Source of the DNA: Candidatus Latescibacterota bacterium
GTDB taxonomy: Bacteria; Latescibacterota; UBA2968
DNA length: 64,000 nucleotides
NCBI GenBank assembly: GCA_965205975.1
Contig: OZ242195.1
Location: 4,416,001 to 4,480,000, forward strand
Direction of reading: 5' to 3'
How positions within the stretch are numbered: position 1 is the stretch's first letter; every line of letters starts with the position of its first letter. The position numbers and the translations under genes were made by a program. The notes beneath the pieces are model-generated. The model was given only the letters and a program-made list of their open reading frames with translations, did no database searches and was not told the origin of the DNA. Below, piece by piece: positions 10,527 to 19,933 of the stretch.

Positions 10527-11696
10527 TCAAATCTCGATCACGGTCTGCGCCTCGATTCGGTCCCAGTCGATTTTTCGCCCGAGTCCGGGCGTTTGCGGTA
10601 CGTACATGTAGCCGTCTCGTACTTCGGTTGTTTCTTCGATTAAGCCAGAAAAGGCCGAGGAGATGGATCTGTCTGCGCCCGTGGGTGGCCAGGCTGAGAC
10701 TTCCCACCAGTCGTCGTTTCGAATTGCGGCTACGACGTGGGGATTTCCCCCGTGGCAGTTTAGCCCAAACATTTCCGCGAGGTTGGCCAATTTCATCTGT
10801 CCGGTGATTCCCAGTCCTGTTTGGCGCACGATGTCGATGGCGCCGATTGACAGGTACGGTGCGGCGAGATAGGGGTTGCCCTGGATGGATTCCAGTGCCA
10901 TTACTGGAAGGTCGATTGCGTCTGAGAGTCGCTTCAGGCCGTTGATGTCGAATTCCTGCAGGGGTTCTTCGATCCAGAGATAATTCAGTTTTTCGAGTCC
11001 ACGTCCGACTGTGATCGCATCTTCTACGGAGTATTGTTGTACGGGATCGTGCATGAGCACCATGTCGTCGCCGACGAGGTCCCGGATGTCTTTGGCGAGC
11101 GCGAGGTTGGTTTCCACGCCGAGCATGGAGTGGTCTTTGAAGCCTTTGTATCCTTCGTCAATAGCCCGTTGGGCGGATTTCAGGGTGTCTTCGTATGGTA
11201 TGCCGGTTTCGGTGAGGTAGGCTGGGACGCGATTGCGAAATCCGCCGAGCAATTTGTGGATGGGTAATTGTGCGTGCAGGCCCGCCAGGTCCCAGAGAAG
11301 GGCGTCGATGAGGGCGAGCGGGGCGGTGGATGCCATGTGGAAATACCGCCGCGCCATCCACATTTTGTGCCACATGTACTCCCGGTCCAGGGCGTCCGTA
11401 CCTGTGATTTCCGGTTCCCACTGTACTTTGAATGTGCGGGCTGCCCATTCGAGGTCTTCCTGCGCCCAGCCTGTGGAAAAAATACCGCAGGTTTCCAGGT
11501 TTGCATCTGTGCGGATGCGAAGCAGGGTGAGGTACGCCGGTCTTTTTTTGAGCTGAATCCCCTCGCCTTGAAAGAGCCGATGACCAAATCGCACTTTGTG
11601 CGCGCCGGGATATTCCCGCATGGTGCGCAATGGTCGCCATTCCGGGGTTACGGGTTCGCTTTTGAGGATCAGAAAGTCAATGGCTTCAATTTTCAT
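10527..11696 (-). CDS. Mandelate racemase/muconate lactonizing enzyme family protein
   Basis: IDALLWDLAG, LMHD, WIEEP, ALES, PGLG. Confidence 0.9.
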   Translation of the reverse strand: MKIEAIDFLILKSEPVTPEWRPLRTMREYPGAHKVRFGHRLFQGEGIQLKKRPAYLTLLRIRTDANLETCGIFSTGWAQEDLEWAARTFKVQWEPEITGTDALDREYMWHKMWMARRYFHMASTAPLALIDALLWDLAGLHAQLPIHKLLGGFRNRVPAYLTETGIPYEDTLKSAQRAIDEGYKGFKDHSMLGVETNLALAKDIRDLVGDDMVLMHDPVQQYSVEDAITVGRGLEKLNYLWIEEPLQEFDINGLKRLSDAIDLPVMALESIQGNPYLAAPYLSIGAIDIVRQTGLGITGQMKLANLAEMFGLNCHGGNPHVVAAIRNDDWWEVSAWPPTGADRSISSAFSGLIEETTEVRDGYMYVPQTPGLGRKIDWDRIEAQTVIEI

Positions 11697-11712
11697 GGCG
11701 TTATCCTCCTAT

Positions 11713-12453
11713 TTACTTTCCAACTGAGCCGAAATATACGGCAAAATGTTCGACGCCGTCGAGTTTGAGTGCCCGATTTAATTCGTCGTCGTTGAATGCC
11801 GCACTGGTGCATGCGCGGCAGTTTACCGCCATGGCGCCCAGATACAGGTTTTGTCCCACATGTCCGGCATCGAGGTGGATGTAGCGATATCCCCGATCAC
11901 CGTAGCGCCAGGTCATTCGCGCGGCTACTGTTGTCCAGATGAATGTGGTGGCACTTGTCTGGATCAGTTCTGGTTGCAAGGTGGTGTTGGCAATTCTGTC
12001 GCCAATTTCCTTTGATTGGTCGATTATTCCCAGTTTGTGTCCCATGGCCAGGTACCGATATAACCCGCGGTCCAGGCCTTCCACATTATTCACTACGATA
12101 TAGGTTTCAAATGCGTGGCGCGCACCCGCCGATGGTACGGTGCGAAATGTTTCGCCTTGCTCAAATTCTTTTACGCCCTGCGTTGCCCAGAGTAAGTAGG
12201 TCAGCTCATTCAGTGTGATGGGTTCATCGAAGAATACGCGTTCGCTCTTGCGCTCATCTATGGCTCGACGCAGGTCGATTTGCGTTGTTTCGATCTGCGC
12301 GGGTTCGGGCAGGTCTATTGTTTCGCCCTGGTAATGCAATTCGGGCATGGGCGGTGGTTCTCTGCGCGCCTGCCCGGTTGGGCCCAAATTTTTGAACTGC
12401 GTGCGCCGCATGAATTCCGGTCCCGCTTGTGGACGGCGTTTGCGTTTTGCCAT
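11713..12453 (-). CDS. SagB/ThcOx-family FMN dehydrogenase (nitroreductase fold)
   Basis: RTVPSAGARH, WRYGDRGYRY, DAGHVGQNLYL. Confidence 0.9.
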   Translation of the reverse strand: MAKRKRRPQAGPEFMRRTQFKNLGPTGQARREPPPMPELHYQGETIDLPEPAQIETTQIDLRRAIDERKSERVFFDEPITLNELTYLLWATQGVKEFEQGETFRTVPSAGARHAFETYIVVNNVEGLDRGLYRYLAMGHKLGIIDQSKEIGDRIANTTLQPELIQTSATTFIWTTVAARMTWRYGDRGYRYIHLDAGHVGQNLYLGAMAVNCRACTSAAFNDDELNRALKLDGVEHFAVYFGSVGK

Positions 12454-14043
12454 TTAATTTTCCTTCCCGTTTGCGCCTATGGCTTTTAGGGCTTCTGTGC
12501 CCAGGCGATCTTCCAGTTGTTTTAAGTACAGACTGCGCGGAACTACTTTTTGCCCATGGGAATCCCAATATCCATCCTCGCGTTCGTGCCAGCCGTCTCG
12601 TTTTTCGCCGATGCAGCCGATGGCGTAATTTTGCGATGTTGGGGGTTTTTGTAAGATAAAACTCTCTGCTTCGCAATTCCACAATACTTTTTGCGCGCCT
12701 GCCCAGCCGTGACCGGTGCCCGAACTTTGCCGATCCTGTACGTTGATGGCGTTGCCGTTTACGATTACGTTGTCAAATAGGGTGCAAACAGACCAGCGGT
12801 GATGGGGTCCGGTGTCGGAATGCGCGATGTCCGCTACGCAATCTACAAACGCGTTTGGTCCCGGTACGCGGGCGTGTAGCACATAATCGTGGCGGCCGCG
12901 TCGGGTATAACACCGTTGTACGAGGGATAGTTGTCCGTGGATGGGGAAGGAGTAGCGCCGCGATCCGGTGATTTTTGATACGGGGTCGAGACACTGGCTA
13001 TCCTGTACGGTCATCCATTTTGCCTGGTTGCCAATGGTCACACATGCATATCCAAAGTGGATCGAGGTGATGTCGCGCGCCCAGGCGTTTTGTACCTGGG
13101 AAAATACGACGAAATTCCAGGCGTGGTCTTCGTCGATATATTCATTAGCTCGCCGATGATCTTTTTCGCTGTTGTCAAATTCCGATACGCCGCGGAGGTT
13201 CTCAATGCCGACCTGTTCAATGCGCCCGGGATATTCGTATTTGTAAATCGCGCCGCCGCCGTATTCGCGTTCAATTGCATTGCCCATTGGCGCGTCGATT
13301 GTGATTTGATTGCCATTTATGGCGGTTATGGTGCGGTCAAAGTGAAAGTCGTAGGAGCCGGGTTTCCATTGCCGAACGTCGGGGTGTCTCATTTCGATGC
13401 GGTCCATACCTATGGTCGCGATCCACTTTGCGGTGCTGGGGCGATGTACGATGATGTTATCGCCGACTGCAAAATTCGAAGCATCTTCTATAGAAAATAT
13501 TTTTGCGCCTACGGGGACATAATTATCTGCGATTTTCTGTCGCGTGTTTTCTATTTCCCGCGGTCTGCGTCCCTGGCCTTTAAATTCAATTAAGGTGCGC
13601 TGTCCTTTCCCCGTTGCGATCAATACTGTGCCGTTTTCATCTGCGCCCTCACCGCGGAGTACGACGCCACTTGTCCGGATCTGCAGGGTTCCGCCAATCC
13701 GATATTTTCCGCGCTCGATTAATAAGGTTCCACGAAATCCATTGGCGTCTGGTGTTCGTGCAGATACGTCGTCAATTGCCGCTTGTAATCGCGCTGTGTC
13801 GTCTCCTTCGGCCTGGGGTTGAACGGTTAATACGACTGGTACATCTGGTAGTGCTACACCACCACCCATGTACCCGCAGTGTGAGAAGTCCGGGATTATA
13901 TTGCCTTTTTCGTCCGGTACATAGACCAGCTGGCCGTCAGGTCCTGGATATACCAGTTTGCTGTAGTTTCCTTCTGCCCACGCGGTTGTGGCGCATGTGA
14001 AAAATACGCACAGTACGGCGATAAAGCTCAGTAGATCAATCAT
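12454..14043 (-). CDS. Secreted pectate-lyase-like beta-helix protein
   Basis: Signal peptide, IPDFSHCGY, DDTARLQAAID, SGVVLRGEG. Confidence 0.75.
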   Translation of the reverse strand: MIDLLSFIAVLCVFFTCATTAWAEGNYSKLVYPGPDGQLVYVPDEKGNIIPDFSHCGYMGGGVALPDVPVVLTVQPQAEGDDTARLQAAIDDVSARTPDANGFRGTLLIERGKYRIGGTLQIRTSGVVLRGEGADENGTVLIATGKGQRTLIEFKGQGRRPREIENTRQKIADNYVPVGAKIFSIEDASNFAVGDNIIVHRPSTAKWIATIGMDRIEMRHPDVRQWKPGSYDFHFDRTITAINGNQITIDAPMGNAIEREYGGGAIYKYEYPGRIEQVGIENLRGVSEFDNSEKDHRRANEYIDEDHAWNFVVFSQVQNAWARDITSIHFGYACVTIGNQAKWMTVQDSQCLDPVSKITGSRRYSFPIHGQLSLVQRCYTRRGRHDYVLHARVPGPNAFVDCVADIAHSDTGPHHRWSVCTLFDNVIVNGNAINVQDRQSSGTGHGWAGAQKVLWNCEAESFILQKPPTSQNYAIGCIGEKRDGWHEREDGYWDSHGQKVVPRSLYLKQLEDRLGTEALKAIGANGKEN

Positions 14044-14055
14044 AGGATCTCCTTT

Positions 14056-14511
14056 TTATGCGATGTCTTCGTATCGCGGCAGTGTGTCTATGAAGCGATA
14101 GGAGTTGTTTTTTCGATCAATTACACAGCAATAATGCTGCAGTCCATTTGTCACAATGAGGTAGGTGGCCTGTACGACTGTATTGTATCGCCCGATTTGG
14201 TCAAAGACCTGTTGGGTGATTTTTACTTCGGGGGCTTTGCATTCCGCCATTAAAAGTGCTTTTCCTTTTATGTCATATACGAGTACATCGGCGCGACACT
14301 GCATGCCCTGAAATACAAATCCGGTTTCGATTGCGGTGCGTCCCTGCGGGTAGCCCAGTCCTCCGATTAAGTATCGCACAAAATTCTGTCGCACCCATTC
14401 TTCAGGGGTTAATACCACGTATTTTTGACGGAGGGGGTCTAAGATCATTTCGCTTCCGTCGCGATTTGCGATGTCAAATGTGGATGAGGTTGGAAAATTT
14501 AGTTTTTGCAT
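14056..14511 (-). CDS. Stand-alone HsdR N-terminal domain protein
   Basis: LTPEEWVRQ, RADVLVY, ECKAP, TNG. Confidence 0.85.
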   Translation of the reverse strand: MQKLNFPTSSTFDIANRDGSEMILDPLRQKYVVLTPEEWVRQNFVRYLIGGLGYPQGRTAIETGFVFQGMQCRADVLVYDIKGKALLMAECKAPEVKITQQVFDQIGRYNTVVQATYLIVTNGLQHYCCVIDRKNNSYRFIDTLPRYEDIA

Positions 14512-14518
14512 GGTGTGG

Positions 14519-15790
14519 TTATTCTCTCAACGCTACAACGGGCGCGAGTGAGGCGGCTTTGCGGGCGGGCAAGAGCGCGAATATAAAGCACAATCCCACA
14601 GATGCAAGGGAGATGTATGCAAAATCAATGGCGAGCATTTTTACGGGTAGTGCCTGGATGATGTAAATTTGACCGGGTAGTTTGATCCATTCAAAGGTTT
14701 GTTGCGACCAGCACAGGATATAGCCTATCGCATTGCCCAAGACGACGCCTGTAAGACCAACGCCCAGGCCCTTGAATGTAAAGATTTTGCCAATTGAACG
14801 CGGCGTTGCTCCCATAGCTTTTAATATGCCGATGTCGCGCTGTCTGTCACCTACTGTCATGGTCAAGATGCTTACGATGTTGAATCCGGCTACCATTACG
14901 ATTAGACATAGTACCAGGGAGCTAAACCATTTTTCCAGGCGAATAGATGCGTACAGGTTGCGGTGGGTGTCCATCCAGGTTATAACGTCAAAATCTGTTC
15001 CTGTGGGAAGGGTGGGGGCGATGCGATGTGCTTCAAATGGCTCGGCGAGCCGAATCTGGATGCCCGAGATCTGATCGCGCCACCCCAGGTCGCGTTGTGC
15101 CGCTTCGAGCGATACAAAAGCGAGTGCGGAGTCGAGTTCATCCAGTCCGGTGTGAAAGATGGCGGTTACTTTGTAGGGCCACAATTGCGGTTGTTGTCCC
15201 ATTAGGACTTCTTTGGGTACTAATCCCAGCATGATTTCGGTGCCGACTACTGCGCCGAGCCGGTCTGCGAGTACGCGGCCAATGGCCGTGCCATACACTT
15301 TGGCGCGTCTGGTGGCGGGCGTAGTCTGATCAGGGTCAGGTGGTTGAATATTCAGGTCGAGGTCACCTGCCCATAAATACGCATTGAGGTCTGTAATTTT
15401 TGCCAATTGTGCGGCTTCTATTCCCCGCACGGCTAAGCTGGCTTGAATCATTTCGCCGCCGGGTGGTCGCCGAAGCGCGAATCCCTCGGTCGCAATAAAA
15501 GGTGCTGCTGCGCGTACAGAGACCTGTTTTTTTATGTGTTCGATTTGTTCTGCGTTGGGCGACATGGGCTGTGCATGGGGTTTTTGCACGATAACATGTG
15601 GGCTTACGCTCAACAGGCTGTCCCACAACAATGCCGAAAAGCCGTTGAAAACGGACAGGACAATGACGAGGGCGGCAACGCCAATGGTTACGCCTGCAAT
15701 AGCAATGGCCGCGGTTAACGATATCTGGCGCTGCTGGCGCAGGGCGTGCATGAGTCGCCGCGCGATGAAGTATTCGTAGGTATTACTCAT
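14519..15790 (-). CDS. Lipoprotein-releasing ABC permease, LolC/E family
   Basis: IAIAGVTIGVAALVIVLSVFNGF, DIGILKAMGA, PVVALRE. Confidence 0.9.
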   Translation of the reverse strand: MSNTYEYFIARRLMHALRQQRQISLTAAIAIAGVTIGVAALVIVLSVFNGFSALLWDSLLSVSPHVIVQKPHAQPMSPNAEQIEHIKKQVSVRAAAPFIATEGFALRRPPGGEMIQASLAVRGIEAAQLAKITDLNAYLWAGDLDLNIQPPDPDQTTPATRRAKVYGTAIGRVLADRLGAVVGTEIMLGLVPKEVLMGQQPQLWPYKVTAIFHTGLDELDSALAFVSLEAAQRDLGWRDQISGIQIRLAEPFEAHRIAPTLPTGTDFDVITWMDTHRNLYASIRLEKWFSSLVLCLIVMVAGFNIVSILTMTVGDRQRDIGILKAMGATPRSIGKIFTFKGLGVGLTGVVLGNAIGYILCWSQQTFEWIKLPGQIYIIQALPVKMLAIDFAYISLASVGLCFIFALLPARKAASLAPVVALRE

Positions 15791-17012
15791 ATCTAATAGC
15801 TTCTACGGGGTCCAGTGTTGCCGCTCGTTTGGCGGGCCAGCGGGCAAATACGAGGCATAAAAATAATGCCAGTGCCGAGGTCAGTGTGAAGTCCAGTATG
15901 TTTATGGTTACGGGAAGGGCGTTGATAAAATAAACATCGCCGGAAAGAGATAAGGGTACATAGACCTTTTGTATCCAGCACAGGCCCCCGCCCAATATGT
16001 TGCCCAATAATACACCGCTCGCTCCGATTATTAGACCTTCTCGGGAAAAAATTTGGGCGATGCTTTTGGGGGCTGCCCCCATTGCTTTCAAGATGCCAAT
16101 TTCGCGTCTGCGCTCATTCACAGCCATGGTTAGTATGCTGATGATGTTGAATCCCGCGACAACTACGATCAGGCTCAAGACCACGAAGCTCGCCCATTTT
16201 TGCAACTGGATCCACGCGTACAGATTGCCCTGGGCATACATCCACGATGTGGGGAACATATCGGCATGTGTTTCCGCCAATGTCTCTCGTAATTCAACGC
16301 TGACGCGATCGGCCTCAAATGCATTGACGAGGCGCACTTGAATGCCCGTTGCCAGGTCGCCCCATTGCAGGTCCCGTTGTGCAGCCGCGAGGGGCACATA
16401 GATTAGTGAGGCGTCAAATTCGTAAAATCCCGTTTCAAAAATGCCGGTTATCACATATTGGCGAAGAGGGGGTATGTTGGTCAGGTCTTTGGGAGCGACC
16501 AGCAGACGAATTTTTGATCCTGCGGAGACGCCCAATTTTTTGGCGAGTGTTTTGCCTATTATGATTCCAAAGGTGTTGCCTTCTATGCGGGTTAATTCCA
16601 TTTTTCCTTCGGTTATGTGATGGACGATGTCGCTGCTTTTCACAATGCCATCCACGCCCCGCACTAAGACGCCCGATGTGACAGTGCCCACATCTTTGAC
16701 CCGGTTCAATATATAACCTTCTGTTTCTACTACGGGATTGGCGCCGACTACTTCGGGGTGTTTTTCGAGCAATTGGACAATGGGTGCGTAATTTTCGATG
16801 CGTTCGCTATACGGGCGCCGCACGGTTATATGGGGATTTATACCTATCTGGCGGTCAAAAATCATGTCTGCATAGCCATTCATTACCGATAGCGTGATGA
16901 CGAGTGCCCCAACCCCCAGCCCGACACCTATGATGGCTATGATTGTGGTTAATCCCATACGACGACCAGTGCTGAAGAGGTGTCGTCTAATTATGGTCCA
17001 TTCATATCCCAT
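15783..17012 (-). CDS. Lipoprotein-releasing ABC permease, LolC/E family
   Basis: LSVMNGY, EIGILKAMGA, LDPVEAIRYE. Confidence 0.9.
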   Translation of the reverse strand: MGYEWTIIRRHLFSTGRRMGLTTIIAIIGVGLGVGALVITLSVMNGYADMIFDRQIGINPHITVRRPYSERIENYAPIVQLLEKHPEVVGANPVVETEGYILNRVKDVGTVTSGVLVRGVDGIVKSSDIVHHITEGKMELTRIEGNTFGIIIGKTLAKKLGVSAGSKIRLLVAPKDLTNIPPLRQYVITGIFETGFYEFDASLIYVPLAAAQRDLQWGDLATGIQVRLVNAFEADRVSVELRETLAETHADMFPTSWMYAQGNLYAWIQLQKWASFVVLSLIVVVAGFNIISILTMAVNERRREIGILKAMGAAPKSIAQIFSREGLIIGASGVLLGNILGGGLCWIQKVYVPLSLSGDVYFINALPVTINILDFTLTSALALFLCLVFARWPAKRAATLDPVEAIRYE

Positions 17013-17036
17013 ATCCCCTAATCCCAGCCTTTATAC

Positions 17037-17086
17037 AAAAAATCCCGATTCAGAAACACACCGGTGTTTAGAATCAGGATTTTTGT
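17037..17086 (-). terminator. Probable intrinsic terminator
   Basis: AAAAATCCCGATTC...GAATCAGGATTTTT hairpin with A/T tails. Confidence 0.6.
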
Positions 17087-17110
17087 GTTGTGATGTTCAG
17101 GTTGCAGTTT

Positions 17111-17860
17111 TCACAAGTTGTTTTTTTTCAGAGAACTGAGCCTGTCTCTCAACCGAGCCGCTTGTTCATATCGCTCTTCGACAATGGCTTTTTGGAGTTT
17201 TTGTGCCAGTTTTTGTTGTAAAGTGATTGGGCGATCGCGTTCTATTTCTTCAGCCCATGCAGAGAGGGCTTCGATCTCTTCGTCTGCCTCAACGCCAGAA
17301 TTTGCCACGCATGTTTGAATTTTGTCGATTCCTTCTTCAATGTGGTTTAGAGCACCGGCATAATCGCTTTTTTGCAAACAAATTTCACCCCGCGCACGGG
17401 TGTGAATCATGAGTACATAAGGCCGATAGTGTTCGAATATTTTTCGGTCCTCTTCTTCTTCGGCATAAGCCCGCACGAGATCCAGAAGTGCCAGATTGTG
17501 GGCGGTGTCGCGCACGACTGATTCAAAATCGCCCAGGCGCATCAAACAGACATAGCGATGATAAAATAATAGTCCCTCTTGACTCAATTCGATGCACGCA
17601 TCTCTGTCGAGATAAAAATTCTCATCTGTACCAGAATGCGTGTGTTCGGCTTCGAGTTGATCTAAATAGTAGTCCAGCAATGAAAAATGGCCGTTCGGAC
17701 ACGTTCCGTCAGGTCTATCGTTCATTTCCATCTGCATTAAGCCCAGATCCAGACGTACTTGCAATTTTTCCCGTCCGTCCAGGCCCCGAATTTTGCGTAC
17801 ACAAATATCGGTGGGGTCAAAATCCCAGTTAGATAAAAATGGGTTGAGGTCGTGTTTCAT
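17111..17860 (-). CDS. Conserved protein with C-terminal UVR (UvrB/UvrC) motif
   Basis: LQVRLDLGLMQME; LQKAIVEERYEQAARLRD. Confidence 0.8.
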   Translation of the reverse strand: MKHDLNPFLSNWDFDPTDICVRKIRGLDGREKLQVRLDLGLMQMEMNDRPDGTCPNGHFSLLDYYLDQLEAEHTHSGTDENFYLDRDACIELSQEGLLFYHRYVCLMRLGDFESVVRDTAHNLALLDLVRAYAEEEEDRKIFEHYRPYVLMIHTRARGEICLQKSDYAGALNHIEEGIDKIQTCVANSGVEADEEIEALSAWAEEIERDRPITLQQKLAQKLQKAIVEERYEQAARLRDRLSSLKKNNL

Positions 17861-18016
17861 TATTTCCCTTTTTTTAGTCAGTCTGTAAATGTCGGGGAAA
17901 TATGAAGAAAACCCCACTAAAAGTCAACCCGTTTGCAAGGACTACGGCACTTGACAATTACATCTGGCGGGCGTTATTTTGGGGTGTTCATCACAGTGAG
18001 AAGGCTCTGAATAGAT

Positions 18017-18982
18017 ATGTCCAAATCTGACAATGAAGGTACTGTTATCCGCCACCACCTCGGCCATTATGTCGTCCAGACTGCCGATCGCGTGGTGATG
18101 TGCGCGCTGTCAACTCGTTTGAGGAAACAGCTCGAATATCCCGAAGCTGCGCCGGGTTCGCGCCGCCGCCGCGTGCAGTCAGTGAGACGGGTTCGCGTGA
18201 TCGATCCGGTTGCGGTTGGAGACCGCGTGGTTTTTTCTGAGGGTGCGGATAATAGGGGTATGATCCGCGAGGTGTGTCCCCGCAGTAATAAGGTTTCTCG
18301 GCGCGCGTCTGGCGGGTCTCATAGAGAGCAACTCCTATCTGCCAATGTCGATCAGGTTGTTCCAATTGTGTCTGCGGGTGAGCCTGACCCGGACTGGCAT
18401 TTGCTGGATCGCATGTTGGGTATTGCAGAGTGGCAGCAGATACCGGTGTCACTGTGTCTCAATAAGCTCGATCTCACCGATGAGGCCTGGGCAGATCGGG
18501 TTATGCGTCCGTACAGAGCAATGGGATATCCGGTGGTTTATACCAGTATTATTTCCGATGCGGGGAAAGAGGCGTTTTACGATGTTCTGCGCGGAAAAAT
18601 TACCCTTTTTATGGGGGCTTCCGGCGTTGGAAAGTCGAGTTTGCTCAATTGGTTGCAACCGGGATTGCAATTGCGTACAGGACCTGTTAGCAAGGCTACG
18701 GGCGAGGGGATACATACGACGACCCATACGGAATTAGTCGCGCTCGATAAGGGGGGGTTTGTCGGTGATATGCCGGGTGTTCGGGAGTTTTATCTGTACG
18801 ATATAAGGCCCGAAGATGTTCCCCTGCTTTTTAGAGATTTTCATCCGTTTCTGGGTGGTTGTCGGTTTCGGGATTGTTCGCATGTCCACGAACCCAGTTG
18901 CGCGGTGAGGGCGGCTGTGGATGATGGCGAGATCGCGCTTCAACGCTACGAGAGTTATCTGAGGCTGCGGGAGAGGCCGTAG
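18017..18982 (+). CDS. rsgA: Ribosome small subunit-dependent GTPase A
   Basis: NKLD, GASGVGKSS, GIHTTT, CRFRDCSHVHEPSC zinc site. Confidence 0.95.
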   Translation: MSKSDNEGTVIRHHLGHYVVQTADRVVMCALSTRLRKQLEYPEAAPGSRRRRVQSVRRVRVIDPVAVGDRVVFSEGADNRGMIREVCPRSNKVSRRASGGSHREQLLSANVDQVVPIVSAGEPDPDWHLLDRMLGIAEWQQIPVSLCLNKLDLTDEAWADRVMRPYRAMGYPVVYTSIISDAGKEAFYDVLRGKITLFMGASGVGKSSLLNWLQPGLQLRTGPVSKATGEGIHTTTHTELVALDKGGFVGDMPGVREFYLYDIRPEDVPLLFRDFHPFLGGCRFRDCSHVHEPSCAVRAAVDDGEIALQRYESYLRLRERP

Positions 18983-18987
18983 GTATT

Positions 18988-19929
18988 TTAAAAAATCCGC
19001 GTTAGAAATAGAGATAAAAACGCTTCGGCATTGACATGCATCGCGCAGTTGACGGGTTTTCCGAGACGATAGGGCGGGGGCAGGCCGCGGCGGTCTGTGA
19101 CGACCTGACCCAGAGTGAGGTCGCCCGATGTTTCTATGTCGATGTATAAGGTTTCTGAGCGGAGGAGTTCGGGCGCAATAGCCGCGCCTACGGCGAGTGG
19201 ATCGTGCAGGTACACGATTGGCTCGCGTCCGAGTTGTCGATAGAGTGCGAGTACGTTCTGCACGGCTTCGACGACGAATTGAGATGCGACTGTTTTCAGG
19301 GGGGCGATCTGGTTTTCGATATCCGTTTCTGATAATACGACCTGGCGTGTTGCATCTAATGGTACGAGTAGTAGTGTTGCGTCGGAATGGATGACTGTGT
19401 GTGCAGCGTGGGGGTCGGCGTAAAAGTTGAATTCTGCTACGGGTGTTGAGTTGCCCGTTTCTGCAATGGCACCGCCCATTACGATTACCTGTTTGACTTT
19501 TTGGAGTATGCCCGGTTGGCGCTGTTCGGCCAGTGCCAGATTTGTCAGGGGTCCGACGGCTATTATTGTGATTTCGCCCGGTTGTTCGGATAGGGTTTGC
19601 ACCAGGAAGTCAACCGCATTGCCACGCACGTCCAGGGCGGGTTCTGGCAATACGGCTTGTCCCATGCCGCTTTCGCCATGGACTTCGGTGGCAAATACGG
19701 GGTCGCGTTTTAAGGGTGTGTCTGCGCCCGCAAAGATGGGTATTTCTGTGCGTTCCAATAGTTGCAATAATCCCTGTGCATTGCGCGTGCCAGCGCTGAG
19801 CGGTACGTTGCCGCTTACTGTGCAGATGCCCATTACATCGAGTTCCGGAGAGCCCAATGCCAGCATGATGGCCAGCGCGTCATCCACGCCGGGGTCGGTG
19901 TCTAAGATGATGGGTTGTTTGGTCGCCAT
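18988..19929 (-). CDS. Nucleoside hydrolase
   Basis: DTDPGVDDA, AEFNFYADP, LHDP. Confidence 0.95.
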   Translation of the reverse strand: MATKQPIILDTDPGVDDALAIMLALGSPELDVMGICTVSGNVPLSAGTRNAQGLLQLLERTEIPIFAGADTPLKRDPVFATEVHGESGMGQAVLPEPALDVRGNAVDFLVQTLSEQPGEITIIAVGPLTNLALAEQRQPGILQKVKQVIVMGGAIAETGNSTPVAEFNFYADPHAAHTVIHSDATLLLVPLDATRQVVLSETDIENQIAPLKTVASQFVVEAVQNVLALYRQLGREPIVYLHDPLAVGAAIAPELLRSETLYIDIETSGDLTLGQVVTDRRGLPPPYRLGKPVNCAMHVNAEAFLSLFLTRIF

Positions 19930-19933
19930 ATTG

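Noticed and set aside
11713..12453. Azole-RiPP cluster around the SagB-type gene
   Set aside because: No YcaO, precursor peptide or exporter nearby; stand-alone nitroreductase-like genes are common
14056..14511. Type I restriction-modification system
   Set aside because: Only the small HsdR N-terminal domain; no hsdM, hsdS or helicase
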